Part shown: one piece after another, positions 39,601 through 53,173 of the stretch
Layout: every line of letters begins with the position of its first letter
How positions within the stretch are numbered: position 1 is the first letter of the stretch
Assembly: GCA_030390025.1 (NCBI GenBank)
Contig: JASTWF010000048.1
Location: forward strand, 1,612,001 to 1,676,000
Length of the DNA: 64,000 nt
Source: Squalus acanthias
Lineage: Eukaryota
Direction: 5' to 3'
Made by a program: the position numbers and the translations under genes
The notes under the pieces: model-generated
What the model was told of the DNA's origin: nothing
What the model saw: only the letters and a program-made list of their open reading frames with translations
Databases searched by the model: none

Positions 39601-40112
39601 CACAGCCACCGATGGTTGAGCGATTATAATCAGAGATGCTAAAGAGGGCAGAATTAGAGGAGCCCAGATATCTCGGGGGAGGGGGGTTATGGGGCTGAAG
39701 GGGATTTCAGAGACAGGGAGGAGCGAGGCCATGGAGGGATTTGAAAACAAGGATGATAATTTTGAAATCGAGGCGCTGCTTAACGGGGAGCCAATCTTGA
39801 AGAACTCTATCAGGTCGCCACTCAGCCTTCTCCTTTCTAGAGAAAAGAGACCCAGCCTGTTCAGCATTTCATTATAGTTTTAACTGCTCAGTTCTGCTAT
39901 CATTCTTTTATTCCTGATTTACAGCTTCTTCAGTGCATCTACATCTAATCTCTCATGTTAAATCAACCCCATCTCCTCTTCTTCTCAAAAGCACGCTCGC
40001 TGTCCAAAATAAACCAAAAAGGGCGTAGCAGCGCGCGGTTATTTCTTAAACAGGTGTTTCCTGCCGCCTTTCGGGTGTTTGTTGAGCTCCTCCATCTCTC
40101 TGAGTCACTGTG

Positions 40113-40742
40113 AAGACGCCAGGTGCAGTAATACACGGGCGAGTGATTCGCCCGCAGGCTGGTGGACTTCAGGTTCAAGATGTAGTCATTCGGTCGCTCG
40201 GCGGTAAAACCGTCCACCGTCCCCTCTGCAGTTAGACTTTGTGCAGTTAGGGAGATAAACATCAACTGCGGCTCCTTCGATGGATATTGTCGGTAACAGT
40301 ACATGTTAGGGGAACCTGCTCCCTCAACAGTGCATTTCAGTTCCACTCCATCCCGAGGAATTCTGGAGACAGCTGCGGGCGTCTGGCGGATAGTCTGTGA
40401 GTTTACGTCTGAGAAATAAAGGGAGAAGGTCAATAAACAGGANNNNNNNNNNNNNNNNNNNNNNNNNNNNNNNNNNNNNNNNNNNNNNNNNNNNNNNNNN
40501 NNNNNNNNNNNNNNNNNNNNNNNNNNNNNNNNNNNNNNNNNNNNNNNNNNNNNNNNNNNNNNNNNNNNNNNNNNNNNNNNNNNNNNNNNNNNNNNNNNNN
40601 NNNNNNNNNNNNNNNNNNNNNNNNNNNNNNNNNNNNNNNNNNNNNNNNNNNGAAAACGTAAAGAAGGGCTATTGACAAGAATGATTTTATTATATATTCT
40701 CTTACGGTGAAACAAGTTAATTATACCCAGTAACAGATACAT
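40113..40742 (-). pseudogene. V13 (family B), open frame but conserved Trp replaced by Cys and promoter deleted; leader 40706-40742, V exon 40113-40408
   Basis: MYCYRQ instead of MYWYRQ; RSS 40074-40112 CACAGTG-23-ACAAACACC; upstream sequence switches to LINE about 45 bp above the ATG. Confidence 0.72.
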
Positions 40743-41874
40743 CTTTTACTGGAAGCTTTTCCCTTAATAATGAAAGGAGCGAGAACAGTGCGAGGTCATC
40801 CACTTGGGATCAAAGAAAGATAGATCAGAGTATTTTCTAAATGGTGTTAAGCTAGGAATTTGGGAGGAGCAAGGGGATTTAACTGCTCATGTAAACAAAT
40901 CACTAAATGCCGATAGAAAGGGAAAAAAGGAATCAAAAAGGAATTGAAGGATATGCTAATGGGAGTACCTGAAGAGGGTTAGGACGAATCCGGTGGGGGT
41001 CAAATTGGATAGGTCTTTCAAAGAGCTGCAACAGACCAGACGGGCCGAATGGCCTCCTTCAGTGCTGTAGGATTCTATGATTCTTGGATAAACGGAATGT
41101 TGCTGGGAAAAATGCTCTCCTGTTTCAGGCAGTGCAGGTTTCAGTTGCGATGTGCTGAGCGAGAATTCAAAGGTTAAATTCTTGGCTGAGCTGAATTAGC
41201 AAATTCTTTGAAAAACACATCAAAAGGCGCCTAGAGTATGTTAGAGAAGCGGGTAAACGGTTTTCAACAGATTCTGAAACCGCCGTCATGCGGCAGGTGT
41301 CCCGGAGACAAACATATCTGAAGATGCATCTCGTCTTCACACAGTGTGAAACATCGGTGAGAATTGCAAGGGTTCTAACATTAACTATTTCCTAATTGTA
41401 TGGGGTGTTCTCCTTAGAGCAAAGAATGTAAGGCGGAGATTTACCAGAATGGTACCAGGGAGGAGCGACTCCAATTTGCTGGAGAGACTGGAGAAGCTGG
41501 TGTTGTTCTGTCTGCAGCACGCAATCTGGTTGTTAAATGACGATAATATCTTAAAAGAAAGACATTCAGTAAGTTGATACATCAAATTTTAATTAATTAA
41601 AAGCAATTTGNNNNNNNNNNNNNNNNNNNNNNNNNNNNNNNNNNNNNNNNNNNNNNNNNNNNNNNNNNNNNNNNNNNNNNNNNNNNNNNNNNNNNNNNNN
41701 NNNNNNNNNNNNNNNNNNNNNNNNNNNNNNNNNNNNNNNNNNNNNNNNNNNNNNNNNNNNNNNNNNNNNNNNNNNNNNNNNNNNNNNNNNNNNNNNNNNN
41801 NNNNNNNNNNNNNNNNNNNNNNNNNNNTCTATCTTTCATTAGAACTAGTTGGGGGTTGGTGTCTGAGACGGGCG

Positions 41875-41913
41875 GGTTTTTGTAGCACGGTTCAATCTGA
41901 GTGTGTTACTGTG
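41875..41913 (-). promoter_or_regulatory. 23-RSS of V14
   Basis: CACAGTA-23-ACAAAAACC. Confidence 0.92.
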
Positions 41914-43064
41914 CATCACCGCAGGCGCAGAAATACCGCGCCGTGTCGTTCGGCCGCACCATCGATATCTTCAGATCGAAGGAGTTATCTGCAGTTTTCT
42001 TGGCCCAAAATCTCTCCGTGATCCCCTCCGACCTGGTCGGGTCACCTTCATACATCGCATACAAGAGGTCCTGGAGTCCCAATCCCGGGAGCTGGCGGTA
42101 CCAGTACATATAAGCATCACTGCCGCGTTGGGTACACGGTATAGTCACAGACTCGCCATCTCTCACCGACACATACTCCCGGGACTGTACTATCTTCTGA
42201 GACCCGCCAACACCTGGAAGGCAAATAGGAATGAACAGCAAAGAGAGACAGTTATTTCCCCAGAAACAAGACACAATAACCTGTTTCATTATTTACTGTT
42301 CTGAGACTGATTTTCCCCTTTCACTCACACACTTGCTTTGCATTTCAATCGATGTACTTCCTCTATTTTAACATGAACCTAATTGAGCTGACCAAAGGAT
42401 TGCATAGGCTAGATAGGGCGAAATTATTTCCTCTGTCTACCCTATCACCCCGCTGTTCCTCTGCTCCTTAACATAAACATTCAACCTGCTCTACCGCGCG
42501 ACATTCTGGTTTTAGTCGATTTGCCAAAACCAGATTAATATTCAAAAGCCGCAGGCACTTGTAGTTAGACAGGAGCCAATAGGTTTAGTGGAGCTCTCCT
42601 TGTAATATGGATTGGCGTGGAAATGTCAGTCACTGGTTCAACTATTATAGAAGAATCCCTGTTAACTAAATGTGCATCCCGCCCTTATTGAACACAATTT
42701 ATCTCCTTTAAGTGTCACGAAACAGATATAGTCTACTTGCTCCAACAACCCTGTTCTCTTCCTTTCCTTTGTTCTTTCTTTCTTTTTAGCTATTTTCTTT
42801 CTGTCTTTCTTTTTTCTTTATTTCTGTCTTTCTTTCCATCTTTCCTTCGTTCTATCATTCTTTCTTAGTATCTTTCTTTATATCTTTTTATTTCATCCAT
42901 TCATTCTTTCTCTTTTTGTTGCAAATTAAAACTTGTTTTGTAGGCTCTTTAACTGAATCCTTCTCCAAAAGCCAAAGGCCTCCATGTGACACCGGGCTCT
43001 CGCTTTACTTACCCGCCAATAGGAACAGCGGCAACGTGCAGGACAGGAGGCAAGGCCGCATCAT
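41914..43064 (-). CDS. TRBV: V14 (family A); leader 43013-43061/64, V exon 41914-42213; intact
   Basis: (M)MRPCLLSCTLPLFLLA + GVGGSQKIVQS...YFCACGD; close paralog of V1. Confidence 0.88.
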
Positions 43065-44964
43065 ACGGGACAGAGGGTCTGAGACCGGGAGCCCCTCGAC
43101 CAACAAGCGATCCAGAGACTGGAGCAATGACACTGTGGTGTGCAAGGCCCGAACTGGCGCGTGTAAACGGCAACGTTCTCTATCATTCATAAGAAAACAT
43201 TGAACATACCGCCCCTCCATCTATGACTGGCAGCCCCGCCCCTCACTCGATGATTGATAGCCCCGTCCGCCCTCTATATTTAATTGCCCCGTCATATTTC
43301 TCTGATTGACAGCCCCTCCCCACCGGCTACAATGAAAAGCCCGGCCCCTCATTCTCTGATTGGCAGTAAGTAGATCAGCTGGGAACTGGGAGTTGCAATG
43401 GGACATAGAGATTAAGTGAGTGGGCAAAATAGTGGAAGAAGGAACAGTGGAACAAGTGGGGAAGTGCGAGGTCATCCACTTGGGATTGAAGAAAGATTTT
43501 CTAAATGGTGTTAAGCTAGGAATTTCGCAGGAGCATGGGGATTTAACTGCCCAGGTAAACAAATCACTAAATGCCGGTAGAAAGGGAAAAAAGGAATCAA
43601 AAAGGCTAAAGGGATGTTGTCCTTTATCTCAAGGGGTCTGGATTACAAACGGCAGGAAGTTATTCTTCTGTCGTACAGAGAATTGGTCAGAGCCCATCTG
43701 GAGTACTGAGTTCAATTCTGGGTACTGCACCTCAGGAAGGATATATTAGACTTGGAGGGGATGCAGCGCTGATTCATCTGCCTGATACCCGGGAATGAGA
43801 GGGTAAAATTATGAGGAAGGATTGCAAAACTTGGCCTATATTAACTTGAGTAAAGAAGATCAGTGCTGAACTGATTGAGTTTTGTAAATGTTAAAACAAG
43901 TTGATAGGGTAGATAGAGAGAAACTTTTTCCTCCGGTGGGGGAGTCCAGAACTAATTGGAAAAACTTTAAAGTTACAGTTAGGTCGTTCAGGCATTGTGT
44001 CAAAAATCACCTCTTCACACAATGGTAGTGGAAATGTGGAAAGCTCTCCTCCCAGAATCTTTTAAGGCTGAGGGTTAATTGGAGCTTTCAAGACTGTGAT
44101 TGATAGATATTTGTTGGGTAAGTGTGTCGAAGTTCATGGAGCAAATGCGGTTTGATAGAATGAAGATACACATCAACCATGATCTCATTGGCTGGCATTG
44201 CAGTCTCGAGGGGCTGAATGGCCTCCTCCTGTTACAGTGTAACAGGCTGGTTTGTCTGAATGGGCCTACTCCTGTACCTGTGTACACGGTCCCAAAGGAG
44301 CTTAAGGACTTCTCCTGTTCATATGTAACAGGCTGAGCGGGACTGAATGACCTCCTTCTATTCCACTTTAAATCGTATTGCAAGCAAACGTGCAGTTCAT
44401 GGTACTAGAGCGCCATCTTCAGTCTCCGTGGAGAAAGACAACACACCGTCCGTGTGTAAAATCCCGATAGTCTATTTACATCCTTTGCTTCTTTCTATCA
44501 TTCTTTCCTTGTTTCTCACGTGTTTTTCTTTTCTTCTTTCTTCCTTCCTTCCTTTCTGTCTTTCTTCTTTCTTCCTTCCGTCCTTTCTGTCTTTCTTCTT
44601 TCTTTCATCTTTCTTAAATTCTGTCTTTCTTTCATTCTTTCTTTCTTTCTATCATCCTTTCTTTTCTGCCTTGTTTCTATCTTTGTATCATTCTTTCTTT
44701 CTTTCTTTCTTTCTTTCTATCTTCCTTTCGTTCTATCGCTCTTCACTCCATGTAACTTAATCTTTCATTACAACTTTCTCAGTGCCTTTTTTCTCTTTTT
44801 CTCACTTTTATTGGAACCCGCTTCTTGATCTTGTCAAAAGCATGTTCGCTCTGCTTAAATTAAACCTAACAGGACTCAGCGCAGAGCGGTTTTATCTCAA
44901 ACAGATGTTTCCTGCCGCCTTTGGGGGTTTTTGTTCAGCTCCTCCAACTCTCTGAGTCACTGTG

Positions 44965-45469
44965 CAGACTTCAGGCGCAGTAATACACGGCCGAGTGATT
45001 CGCCCGCAGGCTGGAGGACTTCAGGTTGAACTCTTTGTCATTCGGTCGCTCGGCGGTGAAACCGTCCACCATCCCATCTGGATTCACAATATTGGTACCC
45101 GCGGAGATAAACATGGATTGCGGCCCCTTCCCCGGGTCCTGTCTGTACCAATACATGTAATTGCTACTGGCACCCTCCACGTTACACTTTAGTTCGACTG
45201 CCTCCCCAGCAAATTTGGAGGCAGCGGCGGGAATCTGGCTGATAGTCTGCGAGTTCGCGTCTGAGAAACACACAGGGAGAGGAGAAGATTAGTAATCAGG
45301 TGTATTCTGGTTTGTGGGGAAACAAAGAAGTAAAGATCGAGAGAAAGAGAGAATGAAGGAAACAACGAAGGAAAGAAAGAAATAGTAAAGAATGGTTATT
45401 AACAAAGATTATTGTGTGAAAAAATCACTTACATTGAAATACAATTATGAAACTCAGTAACAGATACAT
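44965..45469 (-). pseudogene. V15 (family B) with TGG>TGA stop in germline CDR3; leader 45433-45469, V exon 44965-45260
   Basis: YYCA*SL; otherwise intact paralog of V2 with consensus RSS 44926-44964. Confidence 0.8.
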
Positions 45470-47409
45470 CTTTAACTTGAAGATTTACTTTTAAAAATGA
45501 AACCAGCGAAACAACAGAGTTGAGTCTTGTGAGGATCAAACACGCTCTTTTCAAGTCATTCAGGAAACCATGAGAAGCGTAAGGAAGTGATTCAGGCCAC
45601 CCGCCCATCTCGGATTGACAACACCGCTCCTCCACTCCCAGGCTGGTTGACAGCCACGCCCCTCCCAGGCTGATTGACAGACCCGCCCTCACTGCGTGAA
45701 ACATAGTCCCGCCCCTCCCTCTCTGTTTGGCAGTAAGTCGAGCAAACGGCAGCAGGAGTTGCAAGGCTGACCTAAACAGCTTACGTGAATGAGAAAAAAA
45801 CAGCGGCAGGTAGAGTTTAACGTGGAACGTGGGCAAGTATGAGGTCATCCACTGGGGGCCTGAGGAAGAAACTTCAGAGTGTTTTCTAACTGATGAGCAG
45901 CTGGAAACTGTCGAGGAGCAAAGAAATTTAGTTGGCGAGGTACACAAATCACTAAAAGCCAGGATAGAGGTGCAAAAAGGAATCAAACAGATTAATGGAA
46001 TTGTGGCCTTTATGTCAAGGATGCTGGAATAAAAAGGGAGGAAGTTATGCTTCGATTGAACAGAGCCCCGGTCAGACTCCATCTGGCAAACTAGGTTCAG
46101 TTCTGGGGAATGCAACTCAGGCAGGACGTTTTGTCCTTGGAGGGAGTGCAAGGCAGATTCACCAGAATGATACCAGGGCTTAGAGGGGTAAATTATGCAG
46201 ACAGGTTGCATAGACTAGGCTTGTATGCCCTTGAGTATAGAAGATTGTGGGGTGAACTGATTTAGTCTTTTAATGTTAAAAGGTGTTGATAGGGTAGATA
46301 GAATGAAAGTATGTCCAATTGTGGCGGAGTCCAGAGCAACGGGACATAACTTTACAGTGAGAGCTAAGCCTTCCAGGTGTGAGTGCAGGAAGCACTTCTT
46401 TACAGAAAGGGCAGTGAGAATCTTGAACTCTCTCCCCGAAAACGATGTGGGTGCTGGCGGTTAATTGGAGATTTCTCGACCGACATTGACAGATTTTTTC
46501 TTGGGTTAATAAGCAGATCAAGAGATAGGGAGCAAAAGCGGGTAGATGGAGCTGAGATAAGTTCCAGCTAAGATCCAGCAGAATTACGAAGCAGGCTTGA
46601 AGAGCTGAATGGCCTCCTGTTCCTGTGTTCCTATTAAAGCATGTTCCCCAGGCACTGATGTGTTTGATTGTCCTAGAGCGCCCTCTGCTGTCATTGTGGA
46701 GATACAGAGCGTCAGTCGACAANNNNNNNNNNNNNNNNNNNNNNNNNNNNNNNNNNNNNNNNNNNNNNNNNNNNNNNNNNNNNNNNNNNNNNNNNNNNNN
46801 NNNNNNNNNNNNNNNNNNNNNNNNNNNNNNNNNNNNNNNNNNNNNNNNNNNNNNNNNNNNNNNNNNNNNNNNNNNNNNNNNNNNNNNNNNNCTTCTCATT
46901 ATATCGTTCTTTCCTTCTTTACTTGTATCTTTATTTGTCACTTTCTTTCTTTTTTCATACCTTCTTTTCTTTCCTTCTTTTTGCATTGATTATTTTCATT
47001 TGCTTTGCTCAGAGCCAAATTCACCTTCCATTTAAAGCCAGTGACCTCGGCTGAGTGAATGTCCTCAACACTTCAGACAGGAGAGGTTGATGTTGTGCCC
47101 GATCAGCATGATCTTCTATTCCTTTCACCCCTCATATGCTTATCTAGCTTCCCCTTAACTGCAACTATGTCATTCGTCTCCACTACTTCCTGTGTTAGCG
47201 AGTTCAACATTCTCGCCACACTCTGGGTAAAGAAACTTCTCCTGAATTCCATATTTGGATTTATTAGTGGCTATCTTACATTTATGACCCCGAGCTTTGG
47301 TCTTCCCCACAAGTGGAAACATCTTCCCTGCATTTATCCTATCGAACGCCTTTCATAATTTTCGCTATCAGCTCATGCCTTAGTCTTCTCTTTTCTAGAG
47401 AAAGCAGCC

Positions 47410-47735
47410 TTCCCCGGGTATTGTCTGTGCAAGCACATGTTATGGTTACTGACAGACTTCACAAAGCATTTCAGGCCCACACGCTCCCGAGGTAATTTGG
47501 AGACAGCGGCGGGAGTCTGGCGGATACTCTGGGAGTTCACATCTGGGAAAGAGACGGGGAGAGGAGGAGGTCAGTACACAGGGTCATTCGGGCAATGGGG
47601 AATGGGAGCAAGAGCGAAAGAAAGAAAGAAAGATAGAAAGAAAGAAATAAAGTAAATGGAGGTTGTTAGCAATAATTATTGTTTGAAAATTTCTCTTCAG
47701 TTGAAACAAGTACAGCAGACCCAGTAACATATATA
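47410..47735 (-). pseudogene. V16 (family B) 3'-truncated pseudogene, paralog of V3
   Basis: Same deletion junction (GAAAGCAGCC/TTCC) as V3; exon from 47542; leader ATG lost. Confidence 0.85.
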
Positions 47736-48286
47736 TCTTTTATTTCAATATGTACAGCTAATGAGGGAAGGAGCGACAGCAGGAGCTTTGAGTGTTGCGA
47801 GGAGACAAAGCGCTTTTTTCAAATCATTGAGAAAAATATGAAGAGCATAAGGAAGCAATAGAAGGACGGTAAACACCTTCTTTCTCCAGTTCAAAAAATC
47901 GGAATCGACGTGTTTCCTAATGTCTCCCCCTTTCTCTCTCTGTCTCTTAATCTCTCTCTCTCTCTCTCTCACTCTCTCTCTCTTTCTCTCTCGCTGTTCA
48001 TCCGGCTCTCTCTCTGCCTCTCTCCCTGTCTGGCTGTGTATGTTTCTGTCTCTCTCGCTTTATGTCTCTCTGTACATGTGTGTCACTCTCTATGTCTGTG
48101 TATGTGTGTGTCTCCCTCTTGTCTCTCTGTCTCTCTCTCTGTCTCACTCTCTCTCCTATCTCTCGATCCCTTCCTCTCTTTCTCGCTGTCGCTCTTTCAC
48201 TTGCTTTTTCTCTCTGTGTCTCTCTCTTTCCTCTCTCTGTCTCTCTCTTTCCTCTCTCTGTCTCTGTGTTTCACTTTCACTCGCTT

Positions 48287-48317
<31 letters not shown>

Positions 48318-48395
48318 TTCCCCTTTCTGTCGCTGTGTTTCTCTTTCACTCGCTATGTATCAATCTCTGTCTCTCTTTCAAATCTCTTTCGTCTC

Positions 48396-50396
48396 ATACA
48401 TAGATACATAGAAGATAGGAGCAGGAGTAGGCCATCCGGCCCTTCGAGCCTGCTCCGCCATTTAATGAGATCATGGCTGATCCTTCAATTCAGTATCCCG
48501 TCCCCGCCTTCTCTCCGTAACCCTTAACCCCTTTTGCCTGTAGAAATATATCTAATTCCCTCTTAAATATATTTAATGAGCTGGCGTACACTGCCCTCTG
48601 TGGCAATGAGTTCCACAGGTTCACCACTCTCTGAGTGAAGAAATTCCCCCTCATTTCTGTCCTAAATGGTTTAGCCCTTATCCTTAAATTATGTCCTCTA
48701 GTTCTGTTCTCACCCGCCAAGGGAAACATTCCTTCTGCATCTAATCTGTCTAGACCTGTCAGAATTTTATACACTTCTATGAGGTCCCCTCTCAATCTTC
48801 TAAACTCCAGTGTGTACATCCCTAAACTACATAGTCTCTCCTCATAGGTCAATCCCGCCATTCCTGGTATCAGCCTGGTGAATCGCCGCTGCACCCCCTC
48901 CATGGCAAGAACATCTTTCCTCAGATGAGGCGACCAAAACTGTACACAGTACTCGAGGTGTGGTCTCACCAGTGCCCTGTACAGCTGCAGCAAGGTATCC
49001 CTGTTCCTGTATTCCAACCCTTTTGCTATGAAGGCCAGCATACCGTTTGCCTTCTTGACCGCCTGTTGCACCTGCATGCTCGCCTTCAGTGACTGGTGTA
49101 CAAGAACACCCAGGTCTCTCTGTACTTCCCCCTCTCCCAATTTATTGCCATTTAAATAATAATTTGCCCTCCCGTTCCTGCACCCAAGGTGGATAACTTC
49201 GCACTTGTCCACATTATAGTGCATCTGCCATTTATCCGCCCAATCACCCAGTCTGTCCAAATCGCTCTGGAGCTTCCTGGTCTCCTCCTCTGAGCCCACC
49301 CCCCCTCCTAGTTTAGTGTCGTCTGCAAATTTGGAAATGCTGCATTCGACTCCCTGATCCAGGTCATTAATATAAATTGTGAACAGCTGGGGACCCAGGA
49401 CAGATCCCTGTGGTACCCCACTTGTTACTGCCTGCCATTCAGAAAATGAGCCGTTTATTCCAACTCTCTGTTTTCTATCTGACAGCCAGTTCTCTATCCA
49501 CGTCAATACTTTCCCCTTTATCCCATGAGCTTCAATTTTCCATGCTAATCTTTTATGTGGGACCTTATCGAAGGCCTTTTGGAAGTCCAGGTACACCACA
49601 TCTACTGGCTCTCCCCCATCTATTTTACCAGTTACTCCCTCAAAAAATTCCAATAGATTAGTCAAGCACGATTTACCCTTTGTAAATCCATGTTGACTCT
49701 GTCCTATCCTGTCCCCATTTGCTAAGTGCTCGGTTATTTCATCCTTAATGATGGACTCCAGCATTTTGCCCACAACTGATGTAAGGCTTACAGGTCTGTA
49801 ATTACCTGCTTTTTCCCTACCCCCCTTTTTGAATAGTGGGGTAACGTTAGCTACCCTCCAATCCATGGGCACTGTTCCCGAGTCTAATGAATTCTGAAAA
49901 ATCATGCTTAGTGCATCCGCTATCTCTAGGGCCACCTCCTTCAGTACCCTAGGATGCATGTTATCAGGCCCTGGGGATTTGTCCGCCTTCAATCCCTTTA
50001 GCTTCCTTAACACCATATCCTTAGAGATATTGATTTGCGTCAGTTCCTCCTTTGCCAATGTCCCTATTTTTCCCGATATCCCAGGGAGGTTTTTTGTGTC
50101 TTCCTTCGTAAAGACTGACCCAAAGTATGCATTTAGTTGGTCTGCCATTTCCTTATTTCCCATTATATATTCCCCCGTATCTGACTGCAATGGACCAACT
50201 TTGGTTTTCACCAGTCTTTTCCTCTTGATATACTTATAAAAGCTTTTGGAGTTAGTTTTTATATTTTCCGCCAGCTTGCTTTCGTAAGCTATTTTGCCCT
50301 TCTTGATTAAGCCCTTTGCCCTCCTTTGCTCTATCTTAAACTGTTCCCAATCTTCCGCTCTGGCGCGTTTTTTGGCTATTTTATACGCCCTATCTT
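48396..50396 (-). mobile_element. Young CR1-clade LINE, 5'-truncated, intact 636-aa RT ORF (48490-50400), inserted in a CT microsatellite
   Basis: KSPGPD, NYRPVSLTS, QHGF, YLDFQKAFD, GVPQGSVLGP, FADDTK; (TATGTATC)-like tail; absent from paralog at 8.2-8.6 kb. Confidence 0.94.
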
Positions 50397-50921
50397 TCAC
50401 TCGCTTTCTCTCTCTCTTTGTCTCCCTATTTCCTCTCTGTCTCTGTCTCTCACTCTCTCACTCCCTCACTCGCTAACTCTCTCTCTCTCTCGCGTTCTCT
50501 CTCTATTAAGTCAAACTGCATTGAAAGGTAAACGTGCGCTGAACAGAGCTGTTCTCCAGATTCAGACAGTGGAGCAGGAGTGAGAGATACGGGTTCCCAC
50601 AGGCCCGCACTTCCATCCCCCTCCACTCCTCCTGATTAAACCACAAGTGCACGGATTGGTTACTTGTTGCGGGGCGTGGATGACGTATAATGTCAGACTA
50701 CACGCCTCACCATCTTGTCCCCAGTCATTTAATGCGGGGAGGGCAGAGGAGGGAATAGGGGATGCGAGGGGCGGGAGACGAAGGAGTTGGAGAGAGGAGA
50801 GGAGGGGAAGGAGCGAAGTAGAAATCAAGCACTGAACTAATATCTAGTGCTGTCACCTGGTGGCGGTAAATGAGCACTGAACAGGTTTTGTAGCGGGGGA
50901 GCCGCTTTCTCAAACGCTGTG

Positions 50922-51063
50922 CGGTACTACAAGCACAGTAATAGACAGCGGTGTGAGACGGAGAGGCGGCTCTGAGTTCCAAAGTAAACAGCGTAGCGCT
51001 GCTTCTTTCGGCCTTAAAAGACTCGGTCGTGTATTTCGTAACAGCTCCTGCTCCAACAGAATA
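50922..51063 (-). CDS. TRBV: V17 (family C), 3' half only; 5' part lost in N-gap
   Basis: SVGAGAVTKYTTESFKAERS...HTAVYYCACST; RSS 50883-50921 CACAGCG-23-ACAAAACCT. Confidence 0.75.
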
Positions 51064-52603
51064 NNNNNNNNNNNNNNNNNNNNNNNNNNNNNNNNNNNNN
51101 NNNNNNNNNNNNNNNNNNNNNNNNNNNNNNNNNNNNNNNNNNNNNNNNNNNNNNNNNNNNNNNNNNNNNNNNNNNNNNNNNNNNNNNNNNNNNNNNNNNN
51201 NNNNNNNNNNNNNNNNNNNNNNNNNNNNNNNNNNNNNNNNNNNNNNNNNNNNNNNNNNNNNNNNNNNNNNNNNNNNNNNGTCGGATGAACGTACAGATAG
51301 GTCTTCGATGGTTAAATTAAGAGGTCAGGCTAAGAATCAATTGGAACTTTCAAGACTGAGATTGATAGGTTTTTGTTGCGTAAATGTATTGAGGAATATG
51401 GAGCAATGGTGATTAGTTTGAGATGAGACACACATTAGCCATGATATCATTGAATGGGAAGTCAGGCTCGAGGGGCTCAATGGCCTCCTCTTCTTCCTAG
51501 GTAACAGGCTCGCGTAGTTACCCGGCCTTCTCCGGTAGATGTGTACCTGGTTCTATTGCCATATTACCAGATTGTCACTGCCTGCTCCTATGTAACAGGC
51601 AAGAGGAATGTATGACCTCTTCCTTTTCCTGAGTAACAGGAGCAAGGGGATTGAATGGCTTCCTCTTCCTCCTGTCTTCGAGCAAAACATATTCAATCAA
51701 CTGAATGATTCGTGGTCCGAGAGTGCCCTCTGCTGTCCCAGTGGAGAACGAAAACACTGTGTTCAGTGTGTAATCTCCACCAGTCTTTTTATTTTAGTTC
51801 CTTCAATATATCTTTCTATCCTTCTTTCTGCCATTCTTTCAGTTTTTCGTTCGTTCTCTCTCCCTTTTTTTTCCTGGTTTTCTTTCTTGATATCTATTAC
51901 TATTTTTCTCACTATCTACATTTCATGTTATCATTCTGCAGTACATCTAACAATCTTTCTTTGCTTTTCTCTGTTCCCTTTATATACAATGATAAAAGAG
52001 GTAGGTTTTAAGGAGCGTTTTAATGTAGGAAAGAGAGGTAGCGAGGCGGACACGTTTAGTAAGGCAATTCCAGAGCTTAGGGCCGAGGCAACAGAAGGCA
52101 CGGCCACCGATGGTTGAGCGATATTATCAGGGATGCTAAGGAGGGCAGAATTAGAGGAGCACAGATATCTCGATGGCTTTTGGGGCTGAAGGAGATTACA
52201 GAGGTAGGGAGGGGCGAGGCCATGGAGGGATTTGAAAACAAGAATGAGAATTTTGAAATTGACGCGCTGCTTAACCGGGAGCCAATATTGAAGACCTCTA
52301 TCAGGTCACCACTCAGCCTTCTCCTTTCTAGAGAAAAGAGCCCCAGCCTGTTCAGACTTTCATGATAGTTATAACTTCTCAGTTCCTGTATCATTCTTGT
52401 TATTCCTGATTTTCAGCTCCTTCAGTGCCTTTACATCTAATCTCTAACGTTATATCAAACCCGTCTCCTCTTCTTCTCAAAAGCACCTTCGCTCTCCAAA
52501 ATATACCCAACAGGGCGGAGCAGCGACGGTTTTATCTTAAACAGGTGTTTCCTGCCGCTTTGGGGTTTTATTTTGAGCTCCTCCAGCTCTCTGATTCACT
52601 GTG

Positions 52604-53173
52604 AAGATTCCAGGCGCAGTAATACATGGCCGAGTGATTCGCCCGCAGGCTGGTGGACATCAGGTTGAAGTTGTAGTCATTCGGTCGCTCGGCGATAAAA
52701 CCATCCACCGCCCCCTCTGCAGTTAAACTTTGTACAGTTAGAGAGATAAATATAAACTGCGGCTCCTTCGCTGGATATTGTCTGCACCAGTACATGTTAG
52801 GGGAACCTGCTCCCTCAACAGTGCATTTCAGTTCCACTCCATCCCCAGGAATTCTGGAGAGAGCGGCGGGCGTCTGGCGGATAGTGTGTGAGTTCACGTC
52901 TGAGAAAGAGATGGGGAGGNNNNNNNNNNNNNNNNNNNNNNNNNNNNNNNNNNNNNNNNNNNNNNNNNNNNNNNNNNNNNNNNNNNNNNNNNNNNNNNNN
53001 NNNNNNNNNNNNNNNNNNNNNNNNNNNNNNNNNNNNNNNNNNNNNNNNNNNNNNNNNNNNNNNNNNNNNNNNNNNNNNNNNNNNNNNNNNNNNGAAAGGT
53101 TATTAACAGGAATTACTTTTTGAAACAGTCCCTTACGGTGACACAAGACAATTAGAACCAGCAACAGATACAT
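52604..53173 (-). CDS. TRBV: V18 (family B), open frame with degenerate nonamer; leader 53137-53173, V exon 52604-52899
   Basis: MYLLLVLIVLCH + VNSHTIRQ...WCRQ...YYCAWNL; RSS CACAGTG-23-AAATAAAAC (52565-52603). Confidence 0.75.
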
